Source: Nemertoderma westbladi
Lineage: Eukaryota > Animalia > Xenacoelomorpha
Direction: 5' to 3'
DNA length: 39,375 bases
Assembly: GCA_032718475.1 (NCBI GenBank)
Contig: JAUCBJ010008471.1
Coordinates: 1-39,375 of the forward strand
This document shows positions 1-10,934 of this stretch, one piece after another. The translations under genes and the position numbers were made by a program. The notes beneath the pieces are model-generated. The model was not told where the DNA came from. It made no database searches and saw nothing but the letters and a program-made list of their open reading frames with translations. The number at the start of each line of letters is the position of its first letter. Position 1 is the first letter of the stretch.

Positions 1-766
1 ATGACCTACACTTGGATTCAGCTACTTTAATTTCAACCCTTAATAAAGATTTAACACGCCACCCTGAGCCACGAGTGTTAAACATGGCTATTTTTTGCAT
101 TAATTTTTCTAGTACATACTCAAACCATGTGTCAAAACTTTCATGTGAATCTACGGTATTAACTGCACCACCTGAAGAACTAAAATAGAAAGCTTCTTCT
201 TGATCACCCTCTGAAAAATGTGATCGATACATGAGTACATTTACACCTAGCCAGGGTCTAAGTACATTCATTTCGCTAAGTTTTCCTAATAATAAGTTTT
301 TGATGTGGGGTAGAATTTTAATTAATGATGAATGAATATCAGGAAAATCTTCATCATCTGGAAGATTGTAAACATAGATTTCTAAACGGTTATCGTGTGC
401 GGCTCGTTCGAGGCTAAAAATTGATGAACCTTGACCAGATTTCAGTCTTTTTCTAGATGCGACAGTATTGTTTTGGTTCCGTTGTGGTGGTGGTCTAACA
501 TGATAATAACGTTGGTGACAGTCGTGACGTAAATAATTCTCATATAAATACTCTTTATTACAAGTAGGGCAAGTTTTTTCATACACGCAAAACTTCATTT
601 CTTTACATCCCGTAGTCGACTCATGTCGTTTACATATTTCTTCACGTGAACATTTCACACGACAATTAAAACAATTGTATTCTTCAAAATGAGATTTCAC
701 ATGTGTTAAATAATTTCGTTTAGAAATTTGAAGAGGACAAAATGGACATTTCAATTGCTTATCCAT
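1..766 (-). CDS. N-terminal ~255 aa of a probable Polinton protein-primed DNA polymerase B (C2H2-like zinc fingers plus GSGW region); open to the window edge
   Basis: Manual translation (absent from the ORF track because it has no stop in the window): MDKQLKCPFCPLQISKRNYLTHVKSH..CFNC..CKRH..CPTC..YLRHDC...KIAMFNTRGSGWRVKSLLRVEIKV. The F-x3-GSGW-x-V-x2-L-x2-V-x-I-x-V pattern is typical of the region upstream of the exonuclease domain in Polinton PolB. Confidence 0.7.
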   Translation of the reverse strand, partial: MDKQLKCPFCPLQISKRNYLTHVKSHFEEYNCFNCRVKCSREEICKRHESTTGCKEMKFCVYEKTCPTCNKEYLYENYLRHDCHQRYYHVRPPPQRNQNNTVASRKRLKSGQGSSIFSLERAAHDNRLEIYVYNLPDDEDFPDIHSSLIKILPHIKNLLLGKLSEMNVLRPWLGVNVLMYRSHFSEGDQEEAFYFSSSGGAVNTVDSHESFDTWFEYVLEKLMQKIAMFNTRGSGWRVKSLLRVEIKVAESKCRS

Positions 767-1321
767 CTCTTTATTATCCTAAAAACAATTTAAAATTAAT
801 ATGAATATTGTTATATATATAATCAAAAAAAATTCATAAGCTACTCAACACAAATAAAATATAATATCTAAACTTTAATTAATTTAATATTTTCAGAATG
901 AGCTCGATTGAATCAGTTGAGCTCTTTATATATATATATTTCAAGTTTCTACTTATACCAACCAATCATAAATAACAGTTACATTAGAAACTAATATCAT
1001 AAATAAAGTTGCTTTTACAACTGAATTCTTTATAATAAAATCAAGTATAAACCAAGATGTACATAATACGTTTTTAATTTTCATTGATAAAGTAGGTTTT
1101 ACATGCAAATGTTTTATTATGGTGGTGTAAACTCATGCATTTACATGCGAATGTTTTATACCTAATCCCGTGCTCACATTAAATATAAACTATCACCAAT
1201 ATTTACTCAATAAAGTCACCTTTACATGCAAATACTTTATAATAATCACGCTTTGTGATCAAAAGTTACCTTTACAAGTTAGTGTGAAACTGAAAAAGAA
1301 AAGTCTCTAGTTAATAATAAA

Positions 1322-2368
1322 TCAATCTGATACTGTTTTTATATGTTCCTTATTGTAATCTGCTACCTCTTCACTTGCTTTTGTAACTTTTATTTTCTTT
1401 GTAGGTATAGAATCATTGTTGGGAATGGAAGATGATTGAGATGTAGATCTGCGCTTTCTATCACTTGAGGTCTCTTCGATGTATGTCTTTGGATTAAATG
1501 TGGATGAAACTACTTCTGGAAATGACTTATTAACCTTAAACTTCCAAGTTGGTGGATATAGAATCACGAAACCGTCTGCTATATCAGTTGATGAAACCTT
1601 TAACATCATATCGTAGAGAAACTCTATATATGGTATGTCTTTATCGTAATGTAACTGTAAATATTTGCTTTCCTTGTCTGTAATAATTACTTTTTTTTCT
1701 TGTACATTTATTTTTACTTTAAGTCGGTCAGATAAAGCTACTTTATCGTCCGTATCTAGCTCTGAAAAGACACCTTTGTTACTAATTTCATAATTCCATT
1801 CATACCACAATGAATTTACTTCCGATGCTGTTAAGTTAAACCCATTATAATACCTAAGACCAATAGCATCAGAATATCTAGCTGAAATCTCCCATAGTCC
1901 CATATAAGTCGCTCCTTTATATTTGCTTACAAAACCAACAAAAGATGGGTTGGTTAAATTAACAACAGAACACTGATTTATTATTTCGAGTGGTGGTGAT
2001 AACAATTCTAATATTTCTGTCTTACTCTGAAGCAATAAATTAATGAGTGATTTGTTTAGAATTTGACATTTGCCTTGCTTCTGAATATATACGTTTTCAG
2101 TAATAACACAGGTGGAAATATTTAACTTTCCTCTTGTAAATTCTATATTAGGATAAATATTACCTCTTGAAACTGGTGATTCCTTTTGTCGGTTGATTAA
2201 TATTTCTAAGACGTCTAGAAGGTAGAGTGTATCCAGGTAAGAGAAGCACGTTGTTACATTGCTATCGCTTGAGAGTAATATAAAGTACTTGCCATAAACA
2301 ATACTACAGGTATATTTATTAAATGTAAATTTCCAAGTATTGCTTGAAGTTTTTTTAAATAAATCCAT
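1322..2368 (-). CDS. 348-aa Polinton accessory protein with a PC4/Sub1-like ssDNA-binding segment and a basic low-complexity tail
   Basis: Intact ATG-to-stop ORF in AT-rich DNA. Segment FVSKYKGATYMGLWEI...YNGFNLTASEVNSL resembles the PC4 pattern VxxFKGxxYVDIR...KGISLxxxQWxxL. Tail has the NLS-like RKRR and PTKKIK. The function call is inference. Confidence 0.6.
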   Translation of the reverse strand: MDLFKKTSSNTWKFTFNKYTCSIVYGKYFILLSSDSNVTTCFSYLDTLYLLDVLEILINRQKESPVSRGNIYPNIEFTRGKLNISTCVITENVYIQKQGKCQILNKSLINLLLQSKTEILELLSPPLEIINQCSVVNLTNPSFVGFVSKYKGATYMGLWEISARYSDAIGLRYYNGFNLTASEVNSLWYEWNYEISNKGVFSELDTDDKVALSDRLKVKINVQEKKVIITDKESKYLQLHYDKDIPYIEFLYDMMLKVSSTDIADGFVILYPPTWKFKVNKSFPEVVSSTFNPKTYIEETSSDRKRRSTSQSSSIPNNDSIPTKKIKVTKASEEVADYNKEHIKTVSD

Positions 2369-3992
2369 AATTAGAATGAAAACTATTTTGAAAAATAAAA
2401 ACTAAATAAATGATTATTAGATTGTAAAACTTCTGTTTATATGGTTGCTTTAATACAGCAGAGTGACTTACAGTGAGGAATATAGTAGCTTCGTGTAACA
2501 GATGCAACGTGTACAGCTAAATTTATTACATTAGCGTGAGTTAGAGAGTGAAATAGCAGTAACGAGTAACAGATGCAACGTGATCAATGCTAGCCCTGTC
2601 ATTCTAACTTATATTCAACTTAGTTGATCGACCAGTTACATCGATAAAAGAAATCGATTATTATTAATATTCGAATTAATGTATTCTACGCTATAGTAAT
2701 TATGTTAAGGAACTAGAAGCTATTTATAATCATCTGCTACCAGTGATGAAGATGAAGAATTCAATGACTATGGTATAACTCAGATATTTATCGCCTTTTT
2801 CTCTCGAGGTTGGATGGAAGAGTGATTGGTGAGTTGTGAGGAGTTATATCGGTCCCGGGTTCGAACCCTGTTGAATATTTTGTTATCTGAAAAATTGCAA
2901 AATTAAATTTAGTTACTAGTGAAAAATAACGATTTGAAAAATAGTAGAAGTTACCTGATGCTAAGTGTAGACACCCGAACACCTGTAAAATAAAGGTTGG
3001 TGATTGGATGCAGTACTAGCGTTGGGTGACTAATAACGCCTCTAGCGGAATAAGCGGGAACTTGAGAAGTTACCATGGTTACGGATGAAATGCTGACATC
3101 TGATTGGTTGAAATAATAACGACCACCGCAAAAGGTTGAAATGGTTGCTTCTGATTGGCTGCAGTACCAGAAATGGATGGTAATGATGGGCTACGGGTGA
3201 CCATGAAGCCGTGTACTAGTTTCTTATACTACTGGTATGGCGGTAGCTTTGGTGTAAACGAATTTCTTTTTATCTTAGAAATGACACGGCTGTGACTTGT
3301 TTTACAACTTTTACTTTGACCTCCTCCTCCTGTACAACATTCATCGTCTTTCAATATATCGTCAACCTGCTCAACAAAATTATCTTGAGCGAAAAGTTAG
3401 CTTTGCCTCCTGATAATTATCTCATGATATAAAAATACATTTTAACAGTGTCCATTTCGGTGATTCATACAGAATCTAGGGTTAGAGTTACATGACAAAT
3501 TTAATTAGGGTTTCGTGCATATCACAAACGAACAATTTCGAGTTTGTTCCGAGTAAGATAATGAAACATTTTAATATTATTTGAATTGTCAATCGAATTG
3601 AAGTCCTGGCTATACTATTGTTACTATACTTGGTATTGTCTGATATTTGTGTATTTTTGACCTACAATTACAATTACTGTAAAAAATTAACGTTGAAAAA
3701 TTACATAAATCCAACGTACAGTATTTTAACGTAGGTTTATGGTTCAATTCTATGTGTCAATTATTCACGAATGACTGACATAAACCCAACGTTACAGTAG
3801 ATTCACGTTGGTGTTTGCAAAGTAAATAAGATTAATATATATTTACGTATATTTGTGTACTTTGCAACAACTATGTAAATATTAATTAAGGACCCAAGGG
3901 GGTCATTAATGTTACTTGGTTACAGATACAATATTACACAACACTTACCTAAAGTAAATATAAAACGTATTACACTACAACTGTATGTACAT

Positions 3993-4169
3993 GTACAACT
4001 TTACCGAGAGCGTGACAATGTCCTACTCAACAATAAAGATGTAATGTACAGAACAATTTATTATAAAACGTAATTGCAGTACACGTACAACTTTACCGAG
4101 AGCGTATAATTCCCGACTCAACGATAAATATGTAACTATACACAGAACAATTTATTACAAAACGTAATT
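3993..4169. repeat. Diverged ~92-bp tandem duplication
   Basis: GTACAACTTTACCGAGAGCGT...CAGAACAATTTATTA.AAAACGTAATT begins at 3993 and again at 4085. Confidence 0.8.
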
Positions 4170-4245
4170 ACTTACAGTATAAATAGTGAATAATTAATAA
4201 ACTAATAACTTACTGTAGGACTACTTATGTAGGACTATTGTCTGA

Positions 4246-4960
4246 TTGTTTGTTTGTTTGAGTGGAAGGGTTTACTGTGGAAGATCACCCATGGTGGTGA
4301 ACAGGCATTCCTTTAGGAAACAGAGTGGAAGGGTTTACTGTGGAAGATCACCCATGGTGGTGAACAGGCATTCCTTTAGGGAACAGAGTGGAAGGGTTTA
4401 CTGTGGAAGATCACCCATGGTGGAGAACAGGCATTCCTTTAGGAAACAGAGTGGAAGGGTTTACTGTGGGAGATCACCCATGGTGGTGAACAGGCATTCC
4501 TTTAGGAAACATAGTGGAAGGGTTTACTGTGGAAGATCACCCATGGTGGTGAACAGGTATTCCCTGGCTTAACGAGCCTAAAAGATTCTCCCATTCATTC
4601 TCTAATTTGATTGTACCTATTTTTTCACTGCACACGGAGGTGAGATTTAACTGCAGATTTAAAAGAACGTTGAGGAGATTATCTAGAACGGTTCATATTT
4701 TCAATTCCGTTGAAAAAGTAAGTATCAGATTCAAAGGATTTACAATTCGGGAGGTAGAAGTTTGAAGCACTAGCTCTGGTACTATAAGAGTGTGTATCGC
4801 GTACTCTGTTGAATTTTTGTTTTAGGTAATTGGGACATTTACCATTATACACTTTATGCACATGGTTAAGGTGTAGCTGCTTAACTCTACTATCTAAGTT
4901 ACGTATTCCAGAATCAGAGTAGTCTTGCTATTTGATAGTACAGTAGTGGAATGGGGTGCT
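4246..4960 (-). mobile_element. 3' fragment of an L2/Crack-group LINE (ORF2 C-terminus, 3' UTR, (CAAA)n tail)
   Basis: Minus strand translates LDSRVKQLHLNHVHKVYNGKCPNYLKQKFNRVRDTHSYSTRASASNFYLP...TYFFNGI, the usual post-RT tail (HxYxTR motif) of CR1/L2/Crack ORF2. It ends in a (CAAA)n microsatellite at 4246-4260. Confidence 0.75.
4260..4562. repeat. 63-bp tandem repeat, ~4.8 near-identical copies
   Basis: Unit GAGTGGAAGGGTTTACTGTGGAAGATCACCCATGGTGGTGAACAGGCATTCCTTTAGGAAACA at 4260, 4323 and onward. Confidence 0.95.
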
Positions 4961-5427
4961 ATGCGCTTATTGCACACTGTAAAACACTTATATAGTACAG
5001 TAGGATAGAAACCATCCGCACCAGGTTAATAACAATATGATTTAATTAATTATTGCATTTTTAACTTAAAACTGAGTACGTAGGTTAAAAATAATTTAAA
5101 TATTTCAAAACTGAGAGTCATACAGGATATGGATAGTACATAGGGTAAAAGTAATTTAAAAATTTAAATACAGTAATTAAACATTTTCCGCAATCGGTAT
5201 CTCTTAGGTTTGTCCCATGTGAAGAATACCAGACTTTCTGCCGTTATATTTCACTTTGCAGTTACCCCTATGTGAAGAATACCAGGTTTTCACCAAAAAC
5301 ACAGGTTACATAAGGGCTGAATCTAACCAAAACAATAAACGAATTAGCATATGTACACGTTATAAGACAGAAATAAGCGCTATAAAACACTTAATAAAGA
5401 TAAATTAAAAAAAAAAATAATCTTCAT

Positions 5428-8105
5428 TTATATATATATATATGTTTATTGACAATATCTTCCAAATTAAATCAATTAAATAAATTTACAATAATAACTT
5501 GTAAATATACCATTGCGACAAAGATACAGTCCAACTTAATACAAATTTACATGAATTCTAGTTATCTAATACTTCTAAACATTCTGTAATTGCACTTACT
5601 ATTATATTATTTGAAAACTGAACCATAAAATCGGACATACAAATGCAGCCTACAATACTATACTTGTTTCTTATAAAGGCGGTTTTTGGGCACATTAAAA
5701 TTGCATGATGTTCATTTTGTACTGAACTGCCATCACATATACAAACACGATCACTACTGGGTATGCGGGCCCATCGGCCCATTTCTATCCGTAGGCGGTG
5801 CGAACTTAACCGAAATCTGCTAAAATTTACACGTTTACTATCATACTATCTGGAATAAAATTATTTGATTCCTTATAAATTGCATGCACGGATAAATTAG
5901 GGTTTATGTCTAGATAAGTTTTATACTTCGTATGTGCGAGAGCCATCTTTCTAATAGAGTCCTTCAAACAAATTAGATTATTTTGCACGAAATCATTTCC
6001 ATTCGTATTAATAAGATTTTCTAAATATAAATAACCAGGGGATTGAACTTTCTTACACATATTGTATATAATATATACCGGGTCATTAATATCCCACGTT
6101 TTCATTAGTCTAACCATTGAACTTTTCGTAATAATTTTCATTTTTGCACTTATTTCTGGTATTCCTAATTCTACAAGGCATAGTTTGTTCGGTGTAGTTA
6201 CTCGTACGTTTAATAAAAGTTTAACTAGTTTTATGTACATGGATTTTAGTTCGACAGTGCTACCCCCTAACCATGTATCACACGAATATAATATTGAGCT
6301 TAATATAGCACAATTGAAAACTTTCAGTTTATAAATAAACGGCATATTGGAATTCGTAGCACAAAAAATACCAAATTTTCTCAACTGTTTTTGACATTCT
6401 GATATATGGAGTTTAATGGCGGAGGATATTTTGCCATCCTGAGTAAATTGTGACCCTAGATAAATGTATGAACTGGTATTTTTAATTGCTATACCACTAA
6501 TAAGAAAAGTATTATAATCATGTATATTGCCATTTATCACCATAAATTTTGTTTTTAATTCATTGATGACCATATTGTGCGAAGCACAAAATTTAAACAA
6601 TATTTCCAATTTGGCAGCACATTGACTTCTTGTTTCGGCAAATATGGCGGTGTCATCCATGAATAAAAGTATATGTAATGAGTCTAAATAAGTATTACTA
6701 CTGGTTAGTTCATTATACATTGCAACTAATGCATCGATATAAATAGTGAACAGAAATAGACTACTTGGTAACCCTTGTCTCAAACCCATATTAAAATCTA
6801 TAACAACATTATTTAACCGGAAATGCGTTACCCTATAAAGTCCTTTTAAAGCGTTCAACATGTTTAGGCTGCAGCCTAATGTCACTAATTTTCCAATCAG
6901 TAAGGCACGATCGACTCTATCATAGGCTTTAGAAAAGTCTACAAAAACTATAAATAGTTTTTGTTTTCTAAATTTAACTAAATCAATTAGTAGCCTGAGG
7001 GCTAATATTTGTTCAAAACATGATCTGCCTTTTTGGCCTCCAGCTTGCACTCTATTAGGCTTTGTCCATTTTGTGAGCCGTGATGTTAATATGTAATCGT
7101 AAATTTTGAAAATAGAGTCGCACACTGAAATTCCTCGGTAATTTCCACAGTCTAATGGGTTCCCCTTTTTAAACAATATAACCAGCTGACTATAACACCA
7201 ACTAAATGGAATCGCACCTGACATAAATATCGTGTTAATCAGCAACGATAAAAATACAATTATATTTATAGGCAAAGCTTTGATTAGGACGGGTGCTATT
7301 CCTGTTGCGCTTTTATTTATTTTTAGGGAGTCTATGGCGTCATCTACTTCCATGGCTGTGATTGGGTCGTCTAGCAATGGTATATATGGGGAGTTTGACG
7401 TATCAATCGTTTCTAAAGAGGTGGCATCCTCGTTATTTAACAACTTCGAGAAGTGGTTTTTAAAATCGTTATCAGTAGGTGTGTTAGTTGTTGTGTTGTT
7501 TCCTACGTCAATACAACCTTTCCAATTAATCGAGGTCCATATGGCTTTTGCATCGTTCGAGCTTAATAAATTTTCCCATTGTTTATAATTTGTTTTTCTT
7601 GTAGCTGCCAGGTTTGTAGTGAAATTCTGTTGTGTGTAACTTACCGCTCCATCTAAAGCATTCTTAGCCTGGTAATTAAATTGTTCCAGCCAATCTGTTA
7701 CTGAGTCTATATTGCTAGGCAGGTTCTCAAGGTTCGCGTTTTCGGTAATGTTTCGTCCAAATGTTGTTGTATTTAGTACACCATTGTTCGTCACCTTCAC
7801 ATTCCCTGATCTATTCTTACACTTATCAAGATATATCGATCCGCCAAGATTCTGTGAGCTCAGTATGAGTTTATTCCAATCGCGTTTCTGTAATCCAGTG
7901 ACATTGATTTCGAGAGCTGCATGATCAGATGGTAGTGTTAAGTCTTGATTTATAAAAATATCTATTTTAAATTTTTCTGTGGAGGTTATCTTTCTAGAGA
8001 CTAAACAAAGGTCAACTTGACTCACCCATTTGGTCTTGTGTCGGTATGTAAGATCACTGGCCGCTGGTGGTACGTTATTAATCACTTTTAGATTACAATC
8101 TAACG
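5428..8105 (-). mobile_element. 5'-truncated non-LTR retrotransposon (APE endonuclease C-terminus, RT, C-terminal Cys/His motif; RTEX/CR1-group-like)
   Basis: LTYR..SQVDLCLV..LPSDH (end of APE domain); RT motifs PLDCGNYRGISV, QAGGQKGRS, FVDFSKAYDRV, GLRQG, LLFMDD, YIYLG. Frameshifted continuation RFRLSSHRLRIEMGRW..RVCIC..VQNEHHAILMCP. 3' end has AATAAA followed by a (TA)n tail near 5428-5450. Confidence 0.92.
5558..8105 (-). pseudogene. LINE ORF2 (endonuclease-reverse transcriptase), 5'-truncated, with one frameshift near 5827
   Basis: ORF track 5827..8166 plus 5558..5782. The first ~20 codons of the long ORF read through A/T-rich flank and are not homologous. Confidence 0.88.
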
Positions 8106-9743
8106 ATATAAAATTCCAATAAAAAGAAATAAAATAAAAAAAAAGTGAAATCCTGATATTCTTCACGTGGGCGTTTTATATTATCTTTTATATTTCATAT
8201 CGGTTATGTTACTATATGTAGGTTAAAAATGATTTATTAAAAATTTCAATAATTAAGAAAATGATGTACAGTATAAGCGATAATAAATTGAAATTACAGG
8301 CACTATGAGTTTATATACAGTAGGTTATTTACAGTATGTTACGTGGGTTAAAAATAATTTATAATAATGTACCTAGACACGACAAATTTAATTTTGTCTC
8401 TAAATTAGATAGAAAAAAATACAACCAGGCGGTTAGATAGAGCATATAAACAAAATATAACACAAAAAACACAATAATATTTAGGACGAAATGTGTGCGT
8501 TATTAACGATGTACTAAATGTGAGCTAGGTTACAATACCAGTAGCCTCAATAAGTGGTAATGATCCAAGTACACTACATTGGTTGTGGCTGTAAACTAAA
8601 TTAATTTAAAATTAAATTAAAACAAATGGAAATACTGTCGATTAAATATTGAGTTTAAAATGTATTTATGAATCCCATCAAGAGGGAACAAACTTGTGTG
8701 AGTTAGTGCGCAATTGGAGACGGGCGCGAGGTTTGACCAACTTCATTGATAGATCTCGAGTGACAGAGTGAAATAGCATAGTCACTGGATCGAATAAACA
8801 CCGTTAAGCGTTCGGTTAATTGAATGAGGTCTGCCCGAGTACGACGGTACTCAAGGGATGGTAGACCGAGATGTTGAAGTCTGGCTGGATATGGAGTATC
8901 TCACGGAGAGTTCGAACTAACCGGGTGGTTCGTCGCTGTACCGACTCAAGTAAGCTAATCTCTTCAATACGACTGGGTGTGGGGGACCTCACAGAGTCAC
9001 AGCGACACAGGACAGGGGATGCATACCGGTATTTAAGTAGATTTCTATACCGGGTACCGGTACTGTACCTGTATACAAGGACTACCGTACTTCAGTAGTC
9101 CTTGTATTTCTAAGTACAGTAGGTACTATACGTTCTACTTTACTACGTACTGTGGTCCGGTATACGGCTATGTAAGGACTACTGACTCCTTCATTAGTCC
9201 TTGCGCCTATGCTATACCGGTACGGTATGTCCGAATGAATATAATAACTAGGCTGTAGTAAATTGTTTCATTATCAATAGGCCTCGCTTATACAATATGT
9301 AAATAAATAATGACTGATCAGCTGATGTGATAGAATCTACCTTCCTACTGCTACCGGTACTACATAAGGTTAAATAAATGACCAGTCAGCCAGTGTGAGT
9401 TACCATTCTGCCTACTCCATACTCCAGTACTCGGCTACTGCATGGCCAGTTGTTGCTGTGTTGTTAGTTGCTGTGCTGGTCTGATGAACGCATGTCTGCT
9501 GTCTCAGTCTCACTGGTGTGAGATGTTGTCCTGTAGGACTACTGTTTGTACCGTCTTACCTCTTAGCACTTAGCTCTTAGGCCTATTCTCATCTGCTTAT
9601 CAGCTTATGGCTGTATGGTAGCGGAACTAATACTATCTGGCGTATCGGTACCGCCTACCGCTGTACCGGTAAATCAACTCAAATCAATAGACCTACCTAC
9701 CTAGGCCTACACCTTTCGCTTGCCATAATCTGACAGACAGATA

Positions 9744-10082
9744 ATGAGTGGCGATGATGAAAAAAATGACTTCCTGAAAAAGGAGGATGAATTTACAGGT
9801 GACAGCGTTCTCGATCAGCCTTCTATAAACGGAGATAATGCGGATGATGGGGAAAATATCGCCAAGCCCAGCGTCGGCGCTTTCGTCTGCAGAAACTTGA
9901 AACGAATATTTTCGAGGAGATATTTGGAGAAATGCGTCCGCCGTCGTGTTCCTATAATAAACTGGCTTCCTCGGTACAAGCGGCATTGGTTGCAGTGCGA
10001 TATAATAGCTGGTCTCACCGTCGGGTTGACTGTAGTTCCTCAGGGTTTAGCGTACGCTACACTAGCTGGATTACCGAGACAG
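9744..10082 (+). CDS. SLC26A11: SLC26A11-like sodium-independent sulfate/anion transporter, coding exon 1
   Basis: RRVPIINWLPRY..LQCDIIAGLTVGLTVVPQGLAYATLAGLP (SLC26 signature). Donor CAG|GTAGGT; 339 nt, phase 0. Confidence 0.93.
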
Positions 10083-10550
10083 GTAGGTTTTCGTTACCGG
10101 TACGCGGTACTCTGACAGTCAGACAGTGACAGTGGGACTCGACACTGACGTTACTGGGAGGAATAGGCGTATGACTTGATCCGAGCAGCCGCGGAGACCA
10201 ATAGCTGAATAGATCAGCTTAAGGTAATATAGGTCTATGGGACTTATTTGTTATGGTGATCGCGTCGTTTTCGAAGTATCAAGTATGGCCTGTTTAGGGA
10301 ATATATTCCATATTCCGCCCAGAAACATTTGACCAGGTCCAGAAAAATGAATAACTCATTTTTCTGGGCCTGGTCAAATTTCTGTGTTACATAATCAGTT
10401 TTCATACAAAACAAATTTTATTTTAAAAGTTAAATATTGCTTTTCTGATTTACTTTCTTGGGCTATTTATTATATATTTTTTTATTTTCATTCAGTAATA
10501 AATATTTAACTTATAGTTTGTATAATAATTAACTACTGTGTTGTTTTCAG

Positions 10551-10743
10551 TATGGTTTGTACTCTGCGTTTATGGGTTGTATTATCTACTGTTTCCTCGG
10601 CACCTCGAAGGATATAACCCTTGGACCCACGGCTCTCATATCCATCATTATTAGCGGTTATATTCAATCCAACCCCATTTATGCAATCTTCCTTACATTC
10701 TTCTCCGGTGTAATTCTATTAGCAATGGGGCTACTTCATCTAG
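10551..10743 (+). CDS. SLC26A11: SLC26A11-like coding exon 2
   Basis: ttttcag|TAT; YGLYSAFMGCIIYCFLGTSKDITLGPTA; donor G|GTTAGT; phases consistent. Confidence 0.95.
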
Positions 10744-10848
10744 GTTAGTCAAATAATTAATTAATAAAGTCAATTATGTTATTAATTACCTTCGCCATGT
10801 TTATCCCCCTTTGTAGAGCTTTAATTATTCCAAATTATATATTTTTAG

Positions 10849-10934
10849 GATTTGTCGTCAACTTTATTTCATTCCCCGTCATTAATGGTTTCACTACAGC
10901 AGCAGCAATTGTTGTGGCTGCTTCCCAATTAAAG
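10849..10934 (+). CDS. SLC26A11: SLC26A11-like coding exon 3
   Basis: ttttag|GA; GFVVNFISFPVINGFTTAAAIVVAASQLK; donor AAG|GTGAGT. Confidence 0.95.

Larger units (their letters stand above)
1..3233 (-). mobile_element. Terminal part of a Maverick/Polinton (adintovirus-like) element; continues beyond the left edge
   Basis: Minus strand starts 5'-AGTAGTATAAGAAACTAGTACAC at 3233 (Polinton-type AGTAGT terminus). It is followed by a ~250-bp GC-richer terminal region with repeated TGATTGG motifs, then two compact intronless co-oriented ORFs, one resembling the PolB N-terminus. Candidate 6-bp TSD GGTATG (3234-3239); the other end is not visible. Confidence 0.75.

Noticed and set aside
6062-7924. Short plus-strand ORFs (90, 118 and 70 aa)
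   Set aside because: They are antisense shadows of the LINE ORF2.
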